The notes below the pieces were generated by a model, which was not told the origin of the DNA, did no database searches, and saw nothing but the letters and a program-made list of their open reading frames with translations. From NCBI GenBank assembly GCA_951406725.2, contig OX597814.1, positions 53,816,001 through 53,880,000 on the forward strand: a stretch of DNA of 64,000 nucleotides, in the 5' to 3' direction. The position numbers and the translations under genes are program-made. Origin of the DNA: Octopus vulgaris. Lineage: Eukaryota. Each line of letters starts with the position of its first letter. The stretch's first letter is position 1. Positions 40,071-53,794 of the stretch are shown here, piece after piece.

Positions 40071-42274
40071 GAATCAAGATCCTTGATAAACAGAGACAAT
40101 TCACAGAAATCCAAATTATTTTCTTCCAAGAACAAGAGAACCCTTTGACAACCAAGTGTATGCCAGTTCAAAGTGTTTAACTTTTTTAATACCAACACAC
40201 TTGAGATTGTTTCTGGTTCTATAATTTCCACTTCTTGCTTTTAAGTGATCTAAATTTAAACTTTCCATGAAAATCCATATTATGTTCCAAACAAGGTTAT
40301 TTACTAAATTTTTCATTATTTTCAAAATTAATTGAAATTAAGTCAGTATATTTCAATAGAAATATGGGAACAAAAGGGTTAAAATATAATTCAGTAAGTT
40401 AAAATTTCAAAAGAAAAACAGAAAAACAAATCCATATATTAATTTTTGCTGTTAATTATAATGAAAATATAAAATTTCTTCTGTTTTTGAAGAGAAATAA
40501 GCCACCAATTGAAAGATTATTCTTATTGTAGTGGTCATGTGGAGACACAAGGAAAAATTTGAGCTCTTTAAAAATCTATAATTAAAATAAGAGACAACTA
40601 GATTCAATAAACTAACACTAAATGCCTACCCTTAAGAACCACATTAAAACATAGTAGTGTTCAGATTTTTCTGTTAAATGTAATGCTTATTTAGTCACAT
40701 TGTTTTGAACTAATCATGCATTTTCTCATAGCTTTAAGATTTTGATGATGTGGTAGTTTATTTTTAGAATGACATTGTTGGGTAAGTGTGAGATGCCAGA
40801 TCTGACCTGTTTGAACAAAAAATAAGTAGAATATATTTTGGCTGGATGTGGCCAGTTTAAATATTAAAGGGATGAAGGAAATAAATGAAAATGTCCCACA
40901 ATCTTTATGGGGCTATTAATTCACCACTGAAGACAATCTGGCAGAACTGATTCCTGTGCAAGCTAATGAATATGGCCAGATTAGCAGGTGCAATGAGTAA
41001 GTCAAGAAAAATAAATCAACCAAGAATTGAAACCAGGCCATGGACAATTACACTTAAAGTTAGTTTATTCCTCATCACTGCTTAGTGCTGAAACTAATGT
41101 AGTTATTCTGACCAGGCAATCTGACCTTGTGAGGATTTCGACTAAGTACTCCAAGTTAATGAAACACTTGTAAATTGAGTAGAGCACTTGGTTATCTACA
41201 TCATCAAACACTGTCTCACTATGGTTTGTACTTACAACAAATGGACTCGGCTGTTGAGAGTTAAATGTCTTTGACAAGAATAGAACACAATACTAGTGCC
41301 CTCAAATGAGCATCATAACACCTTGGAAATAAACTTGACAAGATAGGTGTATAATGTAGAGTTGTGAGATGAAGTAGATATGCAATGTACAACTCTACAG
41401 ATTTTATTTGAAAACAATTCTTGCCAATTCATTACTAACCTAACAATTATGATGATGATCTTAACAACTTGCTCTCCAAAAGTTCCCTCAGTACAAACTA
41501 TGTAACAGTTTATAATTACATGTAAAAATGCATCAAAAGTAATATGTCCATGTTAAGTGTATATGCTCACATGAGTGTGTGAACACGTTTCAAGTACAAT
41601 ATGTCCTGTACTTAGCATATGAAAGATAAACAGATTAAATGACACATAGTTTAGACAAACACTTGCCATTGTATAATGCTTCTTGTTAATCGCAGCAACA
41701 AGCTGTGCTTCCCTACTAAGGAACAACTAAAGCAACCAATTGATAGGAAAATCATATTTATATTCTCATACAAACATCAGGGAAATCAATATAGTGCAAT
41801 TGATTTTGTTATAAAAGAAAGCAGCTGCCATGTGATCAGAACAAAATCAAGTTTTCTACTAATTTAATGGATTCATTAGATTGAAAATATCTTACACCAT
41901 CGTCCTTTCTAATGAAAACAGGAAATTGTAACTTTCATGCCTTTCACAGATGCATTAGCAAAATATGTGGAGGAGTTTCAGCTAGAAATCAGGCCCAGAC
42001 ATGTCTGAGGTAATTTTGAAGTCTTCATTGTATAAGAAAGAAAACTAGAGAGTAAGGAACAGAAAACATCTCCCAGATGGCATTTGAAAACAACTCAAAC
42101 AGTTTAAGTAGATCACTGAAGTCCATTTCACGACTCTGTTGAGAATTTAGCACCACACAACATCTGACACTACCTATGTTAAAAATAACAATTTCTTTAC
42201 ATAGAAATATTTCTTTCATATACCAGGGAACAAGAAAAAAGGGATACTGTAAGATATATACTCTTCCTTTAAAG

Positions 42275-42607
42275 CAGTGATTCTCAGCCAGGATCTATAT
42301 GGCCCCTGAGTATCCATATAAGATTTTGGAGGTCCAAACAAGAAAATAGTAAATTAGGAATCAACAATAGTATTTTAAGGGCCCCTGAGAAAATTTTGCT
42401 TTAGATGTATTTATTGGTATGTATTACAGGAAACAGCTAGGCTTCTTTCTATAACATTTTACATAATTCAACCTACACAAAATATGAATTTGAAAAGAAG
42501 TTTCTACAAAACTAGTTTTTGAACACTGAATGGCTATTGGGGTCCACCAGAACAAAATAGTAATAAAAGGGGTCTGTAGATTTTTAAAAAATGGCTGAGA
42601 ACCCCTG
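42275..42607. mobile_element. hAT-type MITE. Relatives at 29068-29285, 46121-46680 and 53014-53100
   Basis: TIRs CAGTGATTCTCAGCCA / TGGCTGAGAACCCCTG. 8-bp TSD ctttaaag / cttcaaag. Confidence 0.85.
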
Positions 42608-43135
42608 CTTCAAAGCATTGGTACATTCTGTGAAAAATCTCAAACTCAAAATCAAAATCAATTTTTGAAGCCAATTCATATCTAACTTACTGCCATACTT
42701 CAATACCTACTCACACATTTGTTCCATTATAAAGTATTTTTAAAAAATTATCAATAACTTTTTACAACTCATAAGAAGATTGTTAATTTTTATAAGGAAG
42801 AGTGGAGTATATAATTGATTGAATCAACTTCCATATACTGCAGATGTTTATTTTATCAATCCCAATGAAATGAAAGTAAAAGACAGCTTATATAGAGCAG
42901 GTTGCTAACCATTGGGTCGCAGACTAATAACAGGCCATGGATCATTTGCTGTTGGGCTGCACAGAAAGAATAAATTTTCTTAATTTTATTTCTATTTTAT
43001 TGACTATTACACTCTGCAGGGTGTTTCTGCATTATATCTTTATCTTTTATGTTTTACTTGTTTCAGTCATTAGACTGCAGCCATGCCAGGGAACTGCCTT
43101 GGAGAACTTTTTAATTTTTTTGTTTTATTTATATA

Positions 43136-43678
43136 CTAGCAGCTAAGCCCGGTTTCACCTAGTCGGTTTGGATGATGTGGCTGTAAAACCTACTCTGTGT
43201 AAGCATTCGACTTGTTTCGGTACGCTTACATTGAAAAATAATTTTAGAATGACTTTCAGTCAAAATGCTAAAAGTAACTGACCAACAAAAAAGTAACAAC
43301 CAAGATTCAACCAAATCAAAAAATAAACCCAAATATTAAGCGAACAAAGATGAACCATCCCACTTCCATTGCGTGCGCACATGCACACACACATTCACAC
43401 ACACACACACACACCCATTTTACATACACACACATATATTCACACAGAGTTGAAATGCTGTTTGATTTATTCATCTATCACCCCTTCCTTTCTCATTCAT
43501 AAACACAAGAGTATTATTATAGTAGATTATCTCGGTAACCATGGGAGCTATGAAAAAATACAAAGCCCAGCAACACCATTGGATCATTCTACACATCTGT
43601 GTAAATTTTCACACACACAATTCCACCCAGCCGTTTGACCGTGAATTCCAAGACAAGAAAGAATCACCCATGTCAAAT

Positions 43679-43735
<57 letters not shown>

Positions 43736-44048
43736 CATATTTAAGTGTTAGGTGTGTTCCTAGTAGTACGCCAATAAAGCACATTCACTGCTTTTCCAAC
43801 AGAAATTTGTCCCTGGCCATTCCTTTCCAACAGCTTAAACCTATGGTCACTAACAACATATTGCATTAAATCCAAACACAATAGAATTTATTTAACGAGA
43901 TACCTCTTATTACATCACCTGATAAGGTACTTCTGCAGCAAGGGATGCACCACGGGATCGGTGTACAATGTGTCAAAACAATGGTTGTGAGCAATAAAGT
44001 TTCCTGTGTATTCCATTTTCTATCTCTACCATTTGTTTTATATATATC
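43136..44048 (-). mobile_element. Non-autonomous Helitron-like element
   Basis: Minus strand ends in a degenerate GC-rich hairpin followed by ..GCTGCTAG|T. It truncates a family B SINE. Its other end (TAAAGCACATTCACTG...CAATAAAG...TTCCAT) is shared with 55560-55700. Confidence 0.55.
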
Positions 44049-44204
44049 TATGTAATAATTAATTATATGTTAGTTTTAAATTTTGGCACAAGGCCAACAA
44101 TGTTGGGGAAGGTAAATCAGTTACATCAACCCCAGTACTCAACTGGTACTTATTTTACTGACCAAGAAATGATAAAAGGCAAAGTCAACCTCAATGGCAT
44201 TTAA

Positions 44205-44424
44205 CCCTTTAGTGTTCAGATTATTCTATCAAACATAATGCCTATTGATTCCCATTGATTTGAATTAATCATACATTATCTCATATCTTCAAGATCTTGA
44301 TGGTGTAATTACTTAATGTAGAATAACATTGTAGGGTAGGTGTGAGAGCCTGGATCTGGCCAGTTTGAACATAAAACAGGTAGAATACTTTTGGCCGGAT
44401 ATGGCCGGTTTAAATACTAAAGGG
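44205..44424. mobile_element. piggyBac-like MITE, family 1 (220 bp), inserted in a family A SINE. Relatives at ~4699-4918, 9054-9110, 40655-40870 and 46313-46540
   Basis: TTAA|CCCTTTAGTGTT...AATACTAAAGGG|TTAA. The SINE sequence resumes on both sides. Confidence 0.85.
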
Positions 44425-47400
44425 TTAAACTTGGAACATGAAGACAGACGAAATGCTGACAAGCATTTTGCCCAACATGCTGTTTTTGCCAGCTTGCTGT
44501 TTTACAATTAATTATATATTATGCATTTTATGGTGTTTTGTTATGCACATGATCCCCCAGCCCATGGAAACATTGTTTTGCATGAAACCAGTCCAGGGTG
44601 TGAGAAAAAAATAAAAAAGGATGAGGATCACAGCTATAGAAGGTTTTATTTTACAATAGTGAAAACTCCACCCATTTCCCTAGCCCAATTTAAGACCCTT
44701 TCTTTTTCATATCTTTTATCTTCTCTTTTATTTGTTTCAGTCATTGGACAGTGGCTACGCTGGGGCACCACTTCAAAGGGTTTAGTCAAATAAATCAACC
44801 CTCATACTTATTTTTAAGCCTGGTACTTATTCTAGCAGTCACTTTCACTGAACCTAAGTGACATGGATGTAAACAAATAAACACCAGTTGTGAAGTGGTG
44901 GGGGGACAAAGACAAACTCAAAGACACACACATGCATGAAACGGACTTCCATGCAGTTTCAGTCTAGTAAATTTACTCATAAAGCATTGGTCGGCCCAGG
45001 GCTTAAGCAGAAGACACTTTTCCAAAGTTCCACACAGTAGGACTAAACACAAAACCATGTGGTTGCAGAGTAAACTTTTTAACAACATAGCCAAACAATA
45101 AATACTTTTCCAAAAATGTAATGCATTAACATTTGATACATTTCTTGGGGAAATATTCTTCCAATTTTGTTTGCAGTAAATGGATTGTTCCAGCTCTTAT
45201 GCTAATGGAATATTGTATAACATATTCATAAAAATTTTACATTTTATCAAATATTTCAAAAGTAAAAGATGTTTATCTCTGCAATCCTGTCTGAATTAAA
45301 CAATGACTCAATCAAGGTTGCATCCCAAAGGCTGAGAACTGCTTCTATAAAGCATTCAGTAAAGGGATTACAAACTCAAAGCAATATATACAGGTATACC
45401 ACCTACTTTCCAGACACAGATGATTCAGAAACTCTCATAATCCACACAAATTTACAAGCAGGAACTTCAAATTCCTGTGGCCACCAGACTAGTTTACGGC
45501 ACAGTACAGTATTAAACTTGTATCATTTATACTAATGCACAGGTACCTGTATTTCATTTAAATATTTAAGTAAACTATATATTTATTTCATTTGGAATTT
45601 GTTGATGAAGGAAACCACTTCTTATTTGGAAAAATCAATAATCTAGGTAAGCTTTGGAACCAAAAACACCAGAAAATCCATATTGTACCTGTACAAAGAT
45701 TTAGTATCAATTCCAGTAGGATATTAACTCAAAATTGAATAATCCATTTTGCCATAGGCATAAGGCCTCAATTTTTGGTAAAAAACCAAGTTGATTACAT
45801 CAGCTGCAGTACTTCTTGACTAGTACTTATTTTATCAGCCTCGAAAGGATGAAAGGGATTGTCGACCTTGGTGGAATTTGAACTCAGAACATAAAGATAG
45901 ACAAAATATTGCTAAGCATTTTGGCCAGCATGCTAATGGTTCTGCCAGCTCACTGCCTTGATACTGAATAATATACTATAAAACTACCATCAGTTCTAAC
46001 ATATATTTTGGAAACAGGAACAATTACTTACCAACAGTACTTTCAAACTTATTATCACTGGTTCACAACAGGGGTCCATGTAAACAGGAACAATTACTTA
46101 CCATCACAACTTTCAAACATCACTGGTTCACAACAGGGGTCCATGTAAGACTTTTGATGCAAAATAGTCAATTGCTGATCAAAATAGTCAACTACAGATC
46201 CACTGAAGTATTTTAAGGTCTATGAAAAAATGTTACTTTGGATGTATTTATTGCAAGAAACAGCTAGGTTTCCTTCTTTAAGGTTTTACATAGTTCAACC
46301 TACACAAATTAACCCTTTAACATTTAACATTTAAACTGGCCATATCCAGCCAAAATATTCTACCTGTTTTATATTCCAACCAGCCAGATCAGGCATCTTA
46401 CACCTACCCTACAAAGTCAATCTAAAAATAAACAACCACATTATATTAATCTTGAAGCTACAAGATTAATATGATTAATTGAAAACAATTTAAGTAAATA
46501 AGCATTACATTTTGATAGGATAACCTGAATGCTACAGGGTTAATGTGTGAAAACTGAAATAGGAATTTTGAAAGAAGCATCTATAAAATTCACTTTTGAA
46601 TTATAAGTAGCAATGGGTGTCCACCAGAATAAAATAGTAATCAAAGGAGTGCATAGGCAAAAAATAGTTGAGAACCACTGCTCTACACAGTTACTCAATT
46701 TGCTAGAAAGAACAGTCAAATTTCCCCTCAAATCACACCCTGCTATCTCAAAAATGTATGGACACAGTGGGCAATATAGCCTCTGATAGACAATAAGATG
46801 GGATGGTCACAATATGAATGTTTTTGACCACAGGTCAGCTCATTCAGAATTAACCTGAGGTTAAACAACAACTTCTTCCAATTAAAAGATGCTTTCCACA
46901 ATAATTAGGACATGAAGTTATCACACATTTTCCTAGGATTTGTGTTTTGGAATGCCAGCTGACAAAAGCAATTGTTTATAACACAATGTTTCTACCGTTA
47001 GCAAGTATGAAATTACCTTGTCATGTTGAGAATTCTAAATATTTATCACAAACATACTATAGTACTGGACAGCACCAGAAAAAGGTCATGAAATGTCAAC
47101 CCTTCCATTAGTAAGCCAACATCCTGCTAATTCAGTCATCCAGAACATTTATTCACTTTGATTTCTCTAACTTCAGTCATGATGGCATTGTTTCACTATG
47201 TTTATAAAGTATTTTATTTTTTGTTTATCTTTTATCTTACTTGTTTCAGTCATTAGACTGCGGCCATGCTGGGGCACTGCCTTGAAGTTTTGTTTGAATG
47301 AATCAACCCAAGTTCTTATTTTTTAAAACCTGGTTCTGATTCTATTGGTTTCTTTTGCCAAATTGCTAAATTACAGGGATGCAAACACACCAACACCGGT

Positions 47401-48189
47401 TGTCAAGCAGTAGGTGGGGGGATAAACACAAACACAAAGACACACATAGATATATAAACATATATATATATTCAACAGGCCAAATCCATAGTAGAAGACA
47501 CTGCCCAAGGTGTCACGCAATGGGACTGAACCTGGAGCCATGTCGTTGGGAAGCAAGCTTCTTACCACATAACCACGTCTGTTTATTTATCTCATTTCCT
47601 ATATAGATAATACAGTCTGATAATGTTATTCATTCATCTTTAATGCTTTACTTGTTTCAGTCATTGGATTGTGGCCATACTAAGACACTGTATTGAAAGG
47701 CTTTTAGTTGAATTAATCACATCTCACCCACCAGTACTTATTTTTTGCTGACTTATTATATTTCTTTAAACCTGGTACCTATTTTATCAGTCTCTTTTGC
47801 TGAACTTCTAAGTTATGGGGGATATAAAAAAAAAAAAAAACACAAGCTGTAAAGTGATGGAGGGGGATAAAATACAAACACACGCAGATATATACATATA
47901 TACGTAGAAGATGATTATTTTTTAACAAGAATAGTACTGAAAGTGACTTCTTGTTAAAGAATAATAAATTTGTACTCTACCAAATGTACTGAGTAGTCCA
48001 TGAGCTTACATATATACATACATATATAAATATAAATGCATGTGTAACAAAATGTAAGGTCTGGAACACTTGAGGGGTGCAGTCTCATCCCGTTACATTA
48101 AATTACCTGTCGAGGGAAACCCAGACTTCAAATATCTTCAACAGCATAAATAATATTTATTTTCTGGATTCACAATATATATATATATA

Positions 48190-48463
48190 CATATACTTCC
48201 TTACTGGCACCTGCGCTGGTGGCATGTGTAAAAGATTCGAGCGAGGTCGTTGCCAGTGCCGCCTGACTGGCCCCGTGTGGGTGGCACGTAAAAGCACCCA
48301 CTACACTCTCGGAGTGGTTGGCGTTAGGAAGGGCATCCAGCTGTAGAAACTCTACCAGATCAAGATTTGAAGCCTGGTGCAGCCATCTGGTTCGCCAGCC
48401 CTCAGTCACATGTCCAACTCATGCTAGCATGGAAAGCGGACGTTAAATGATGATGATGATGAT
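48190..48463 (+). mobile_element. RTE 3' end with (GAT)n tail. Similar short ends at 10510-10750(-), 33495-33700(+), 56315-56525(-), 56606-56680(-) and 57560-57790(+)
   Basis: GGTGGCACGTAAAAGCACCCACTACACTCTCGGAGTGGTTGGCGTTAGGAAGGGCATCCAGCTGTAGAAAC...GGACGTTAAATGATGATGAT. Confidence 0.9.
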
Positions 48464-51400
48464 TTCTTATGTAGAAACTTTGATGATGTTTATAAATTGA
48501 GTTTTTCTTTTCATTCACCCAACAATTTTCAATATTTTTTTAATCATGTGTAAATTATAAATTTAGAAAAATATAAAAATAACTATTGCCTTCCTAGCTT
48601 TATTAATCAAACTTACATGTAACAAACTTATTTTTCAAGATACTCAACTCCTAGTATGATTTTCAAAAGAAAATGAAACAAGAAGAGGAGGTGAAAAAAG
48701 AAAAATATAAGAATACAGGAAGAAGAAGAATTTAAAATAAATACCATAGATTAAATATGAGCTCATGATGGCCTATCCTCTCAGCCATTAAAATAGGTCA
48801 GCAAAAAAAGACAATCATGGAAACTTACATGGAAGGTAGTAATTAGGGCATAAAACTGCAAGATTCTCTGTTGTTTTGGTTAAAAACTGCACAGCTGAGA
48901 GGAAGTATTTAGTTCAAGACAGTGACAAGCATATCAGAAATTTAGGAGAACTAACTGCAAAAGGCTGCATAAGCGTCTGAGTAGTGTTGACACTCATAAA
49001 ATAGTTAAATTAGTTTTGGAAGACAGTTGAGTAAGTTTCGTAAGACAGTGGAGTAAATGTCATAAAATAGTTGAGTGTGTGTATCACAAGTTGTTTGGAT
49101 ATAATTATCCCAAAAGACCTGGGTAAGCGTTCCAAAAGGCTGAGTGTCATATGAGGCCTGGATAAGTGTTCCTAGATGACTGACTGCTAGGAAAGCGTCA
49201 TGAGATTTTGAATAGCTGTGACAGGAAGTTAAGTTAACTATGACAAAAAGTTGAGAAATTGTCAAAAACAGTGATTTAAGTATTTGGATGCTATAAGTGT
49301 AAATCAGATATGTTGCCCATGGATACCACCAGGCTACAAAGGTAGGCTAGGGCTAACAAGGTTAATTTGAAATATGAAATTTTTTAAGTTAATGTTTGTA
49401 GCTGACAAGACTCTTGAGAGACATAATTCTATGGAGATTTTAAAGCGAGAGATAGTATAAGGTTCAGAAAATGAGATGCGTTGTAAGTGTTAACATAAAA
49501 AACAGTTAAGTAGAAATTACCTACATGAAAAAAGCAATGTGCAAAATCAGAAGAGGTGTGAAAGATTAGCTAGGAGCAGGAGATAGACTGATGACCAAAC
49601 ATTGAGTTGAGCACTCAACTATAAGGTGAAAGCTATAAACAGGCAAAATGTACTGGACTATAATCACGTGGTCACATGTTCAAATCTTAATACTACAGCC
49701 TCTGAGCAAAACACATAACTCTGCTTGCTCCATTTTGTCTAACTGATATAAAACAGCCTCTCAACTTACTAGTTTAGTTGTGAGTAATTAAAATGGCATC
49801 AAAAAATTTAACTAAGGTAAATAACTCAAATAGACATATGGCATGGACTGAGATAAGACACGTGGATGTACTGAATTACACATACCAAAACACATGTAAT
49901 GAATTAAAATTTCCCTCTTAGAGAAGAAAAACTAAATCCTATTGGCATTCATATAGAAACATGTTTATAAATAAGTTTTGACAAACAGTAATTTGCATAA
50001 TCAAAAATGAAACTGAGCTAAGGGTAAAACTCAAAAAAGACAATAGCAAATTCATCCAAGGTCAACTTCGCCTTTCATCCTTGAAAGATCAATAAAATAA
50101 ATATCAGTTGAGCACTGGGGTTGATGTGACTGACTTAATCCTCCCTCAAACTTGCTGGCTTTGTGCCAAAATTTGAAACCAATATTTATATAAGCATCTA
50201 CCAAATTCATACTGCAACAGTATATATGTGTATATGTATATATATATATATCTCAACTAAGGTTATCAATTTAATATAAAGAGTAAAGAGCCTGCTTTAA
50301 TTTCTATGTATTGTTATCAAGTTACAATAGTTGTATATGAGAACTGAAGTAACTTTCATTTCATTTGAGGTCAATAATTAGTAAATTAGTAAATAAAATG
50401 TACTGAGGCAGAGTCAATTAACCTATATACCACTCCTTCAGATCTTATTATCTAATACCAAAATAATTAAAAAAAAAGTTTTTTTGTATTTTCATTTGTA
50501 CACAATCCAGTTTTTGTGCACAACAAATATTTTACATCTTAACACATAAACTAATATCTATTATTTCATTCCAACTGAATATGATATAAAACTCTGATGA
50601 ACTCTTACTTTATATGAGCAACAAACTCGTACCTAGAACACCTTCAAAAGATGTTTTTATTGTTATTAATTTACACAAGTTGTATATTAAAATCCAAACA
50701 CTAAGGTAACCTTTGATTTCATCTACAGTCAATAAATAATACTGGTAATATACTGAAGTCATTTATACACCTTTTTTTCATACTTTAAGTCCAGTCAACA
50801 AAAAGAAATTGCTAATTCAATAAAATGCTGATCAAAGGTATAAGGGAACTCTTGGAATAAAATAAATTTCTGAGGATTGAATAGAAAGAGATTATAAAAA
50901 AATGGGAGAGAGAAAAATAGTACATTGGCATGTTCAGAACAAACCTGCTTCGTAAAAGAAAAATTCAGGAAATGCAAAGGGTATTGGATTTTTTTACTTT
51001 GCATTGTTTTTATTGTATTTTCAAAAAGAACTGATATTCATCTGGCAGTTCTACATAAAACAGTAAAGATTGTCTCCCTGCACATCACACACACATTTAT
51101 ATATAAAATGATTTGTAGTTGCAGTAACTTATTTTGTTTATATTAATGACTATTATATATAGTACTGGACCTTTATCAGGCTTCAGCAATTGGCATAGTT
51201 TACAAAATACAGTACTTTATAATGAGTAAAGAGACCCTGTTTTTGAAGTTGGTTAATTTATTCCTTCATTTTTTTATTCGTTTACTCATTTCAGTCATTT
51301 GACTGTGGCCATGCTGGAGCACCACCTTAAAGGGTGTTAATAGAAGAAATTGACCCCAGGATTTATTCTTTGTAAGCCTAGCACTTATTCTATTTGTCTC

Positions 51401-52276
51401 TTTCACTGAACTGCTAAATTATGAGAACATAAACACACCAGCATCAGTTGTCAAGCGACGGCAGGGGACAAACACACACACACACATATATATATGACAG
51501 GCTTCTTCCAGTTTCCGTCTACCAAATCCACTCACAAGGCTTTGGTCGGCCCAAAGCTATAGTAGAAGACACTTGCCCAAGGTGCCATGCTATGGAACTG
51601 AACTCGGAACTATGTGGCTGGAAAGTAAGCTTCTTAGCACACAGCTACATCTGTGCCTATATTTGCATACAGTTTACTCTTGAAGAATTTTCTAAGATTA
51701 AATATACACTGCTTTAAAAGTGTATAATCTTGTAGATGTATCTGTTAAATAGAATCATGTTCCTCACATTTCTTCATTTAATTTTCATCCTATAAACCTT
51801 ATACTGTCTACATAGTACAGTATGATATTTTAAGTGGATTAATAAATATCAAACAGACCCTGCTTTAGAAGTGTATTAATTTGAATCTATTAAAAACAAT
51901 TTAAGTCTACTTTTCATAGCTTATTTTATATTTTAAGTATATATTTAGACTGTCACCAGAAAACTGGAAATCCAGAAATCTGGGACACTTCCAGTCCCAA
52001 GTAGGTGGATAATTGTTCTGGTATTGTATTAATTTTGAATTAGATATGAAAACTAGTGTCTTTTAATATTTATGACTTAGTTGCTTGTACAAAGTATGAA
52101 TTTTATATAAATAGTCAATTAGAACAAAATAAAGATTTTGATACAAGACCAGAAATTTCAGAGAAGTGGGTAAGTTGATTACATTGACCCCAGTGCTTAA
52201 TTTATACTTATTTTATTGACCCCAAAAGGATGAAAACCAAAACTGACCTTGGTGGAATTTGAACTCAGAACATAAA

Positions 52277-52431
52277 GACATGGCTTTGTGATAAGAAGCT
52301 TGCTTCCCAACCACATGGTTCCGGATTCAGTTCCACTGTGTGGCACCTTGGGCAAGTGTCTTCTACTATAGCTTCAGGCAGGCCAAAGCCTTGTGAGTGG
52401 ATCTGGTAGAAAGAAACTGAAAGAAGCCCAT

Positions 52432-52466
<35 letters not shown>

Positions 52467-52692
52467 TTATGTGTGTGTATGTGTGCATATATTTGTGTGT
52501 GTGTCTGTGTTTGTCCCCCCCACCACCACCACCACCACCATTGCTTGACCACCGATGTTGGTGTGCTTGTGTAACTTAGAATAAGTACTAAGCTTACAAA
52601 CAATAAGTCCTGGAGTCAATTTGTTCGACTAAAGACAGTGCTCCAGCATGGCTGCAGTCAAATGGCTGAAACAAATAAAAGAATAAAAAGAA
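52277..52692 (+). mobile_element. tRNA-derived SINE family B with internal (TA)/(TG) microsatellite, nested in a family A SINE. Other copies at ~4055-4455(-), 6245-6400(+), 6440-6820(-), 12110-12320(+), 15555-15720(-), 29460-29850(+), 32470-33160(+), 38160-38440(-), 44720-45095(-), 47225-47580(-), 47640-47900(-), 51270-51655(-), 53175-53310(+), 55940-56185(+)
   Basis: Recurring TGTGGTAAGAAGCTTGCTTCCCAACCACATGGTTCCGGGTTCAGTCCC...CCTTGGGCAAGTGTCTTCTACTATAGC...CCAGCATGGCCGCAGTC.AATGACTGAAACAA with an A-rich tail. Confidence 0.85.
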
Positions 52693-53347
52693 TAAGTATT
52701 TTGTCCGGTATGCCAACAATTCTGCCAGTTCACCACCTTAGTTAAAGCAAAATAGTAATAATATTTATGTGCTAAAGCGTAAAATATTTTTTATACACAA
52801 AAACTGGATTGTGTGTAAATAAAAAAACTGTAACAAGTTTTTTTTTATTATTTTAATATCTGAATGTGAAGTATATAAGATGTTAGCATATATAATTAAG
52901 TTTTTATGGGGGATGGGAAAATGGTCAGCTTATAAGGAAAACCCACACTTCTTGATGAACGCCAAATTCCACCCAGTGTTATCTGAAATATGTATTGCAT
53001 ATTGCAGATATACCAGTAGTTCTCAACTAGGGTCATTATGACCCTTGGAGGTCCATATAAGATTTTGCTGTTAAAATCTATTTGCAACATATAGAAGTAC
53101 ATAATCTAATATGTCCTTGCTTTTCAAAGATGGTGAAGTATTATTTGAGGGGAGTTTTTCAAGTATTTCTAATGGGCATAGGCATGCATATGTGATTAAG
53201 AAGCCTGCTTCCCAACTATGTGGTCTTGGTGTCTTCCACAATAGTCCAGGGCCAACCAAAGCCGTGTGAGTGAATTTGGTAGACAGAAACTGAAAGAAGC
53301 TCATCATATATTATATATACATATATATATATATATGTACATACAAA

Positions 53348-53794
53348 CATGGTCTGATGGGTAAATTGTCGCCACTTTATATTTTTAATTTCACGCATAC
53401 ACATTGTTTGTTTTTGATTTTGTCAATTACACAGTATAGTAGGGTCAGCTGGGCACTGTCTGTGAGAAAAACAGCACCATGATGCAATTCACTCTGCCAG
53501 AAATTTGGAAACAACATGCTGTACTGCTTGGCAGTTGTACTGGAAGTTCCAATACGAACATTTCAGGGTGTCTGGGTGTCAGTCTGAGGACATGTACTGA
53601 GAGTGATAAAAATCAAACATCCAGTCAACATTATAGTTTGGAGTGATCACTAGTGATGACGACATTATGCCACCATTCATTTTCCAACACAGCCTCAGAC
53701 TCAACAGGGAGGCCTACATCAAGTATCTTGTGGGTGCTGACCTGAATCAAGAGGGTGGCTGCTGAAAGACTCCATGTCTGCCAACAAGACTGGG
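53348..53794 (+). mobile_element. Tc1/mariner-superfamily element, 5' part with large internal deletion
   Basis: TIR-like CATGGTCTGATGGGTAAATTGT. MMQFTLPEIWKQHAVL start joined to RVIKIKHPVNI. Inverted homologue of 53795-54665. Confidence 0.85.

Noticed and set aside
41065-41277. Minus-strand 70-aa ORF (and 42025-42219) as extra exons
   Set aside because: No recognisable homology and no convincing acceptor/donor pair.
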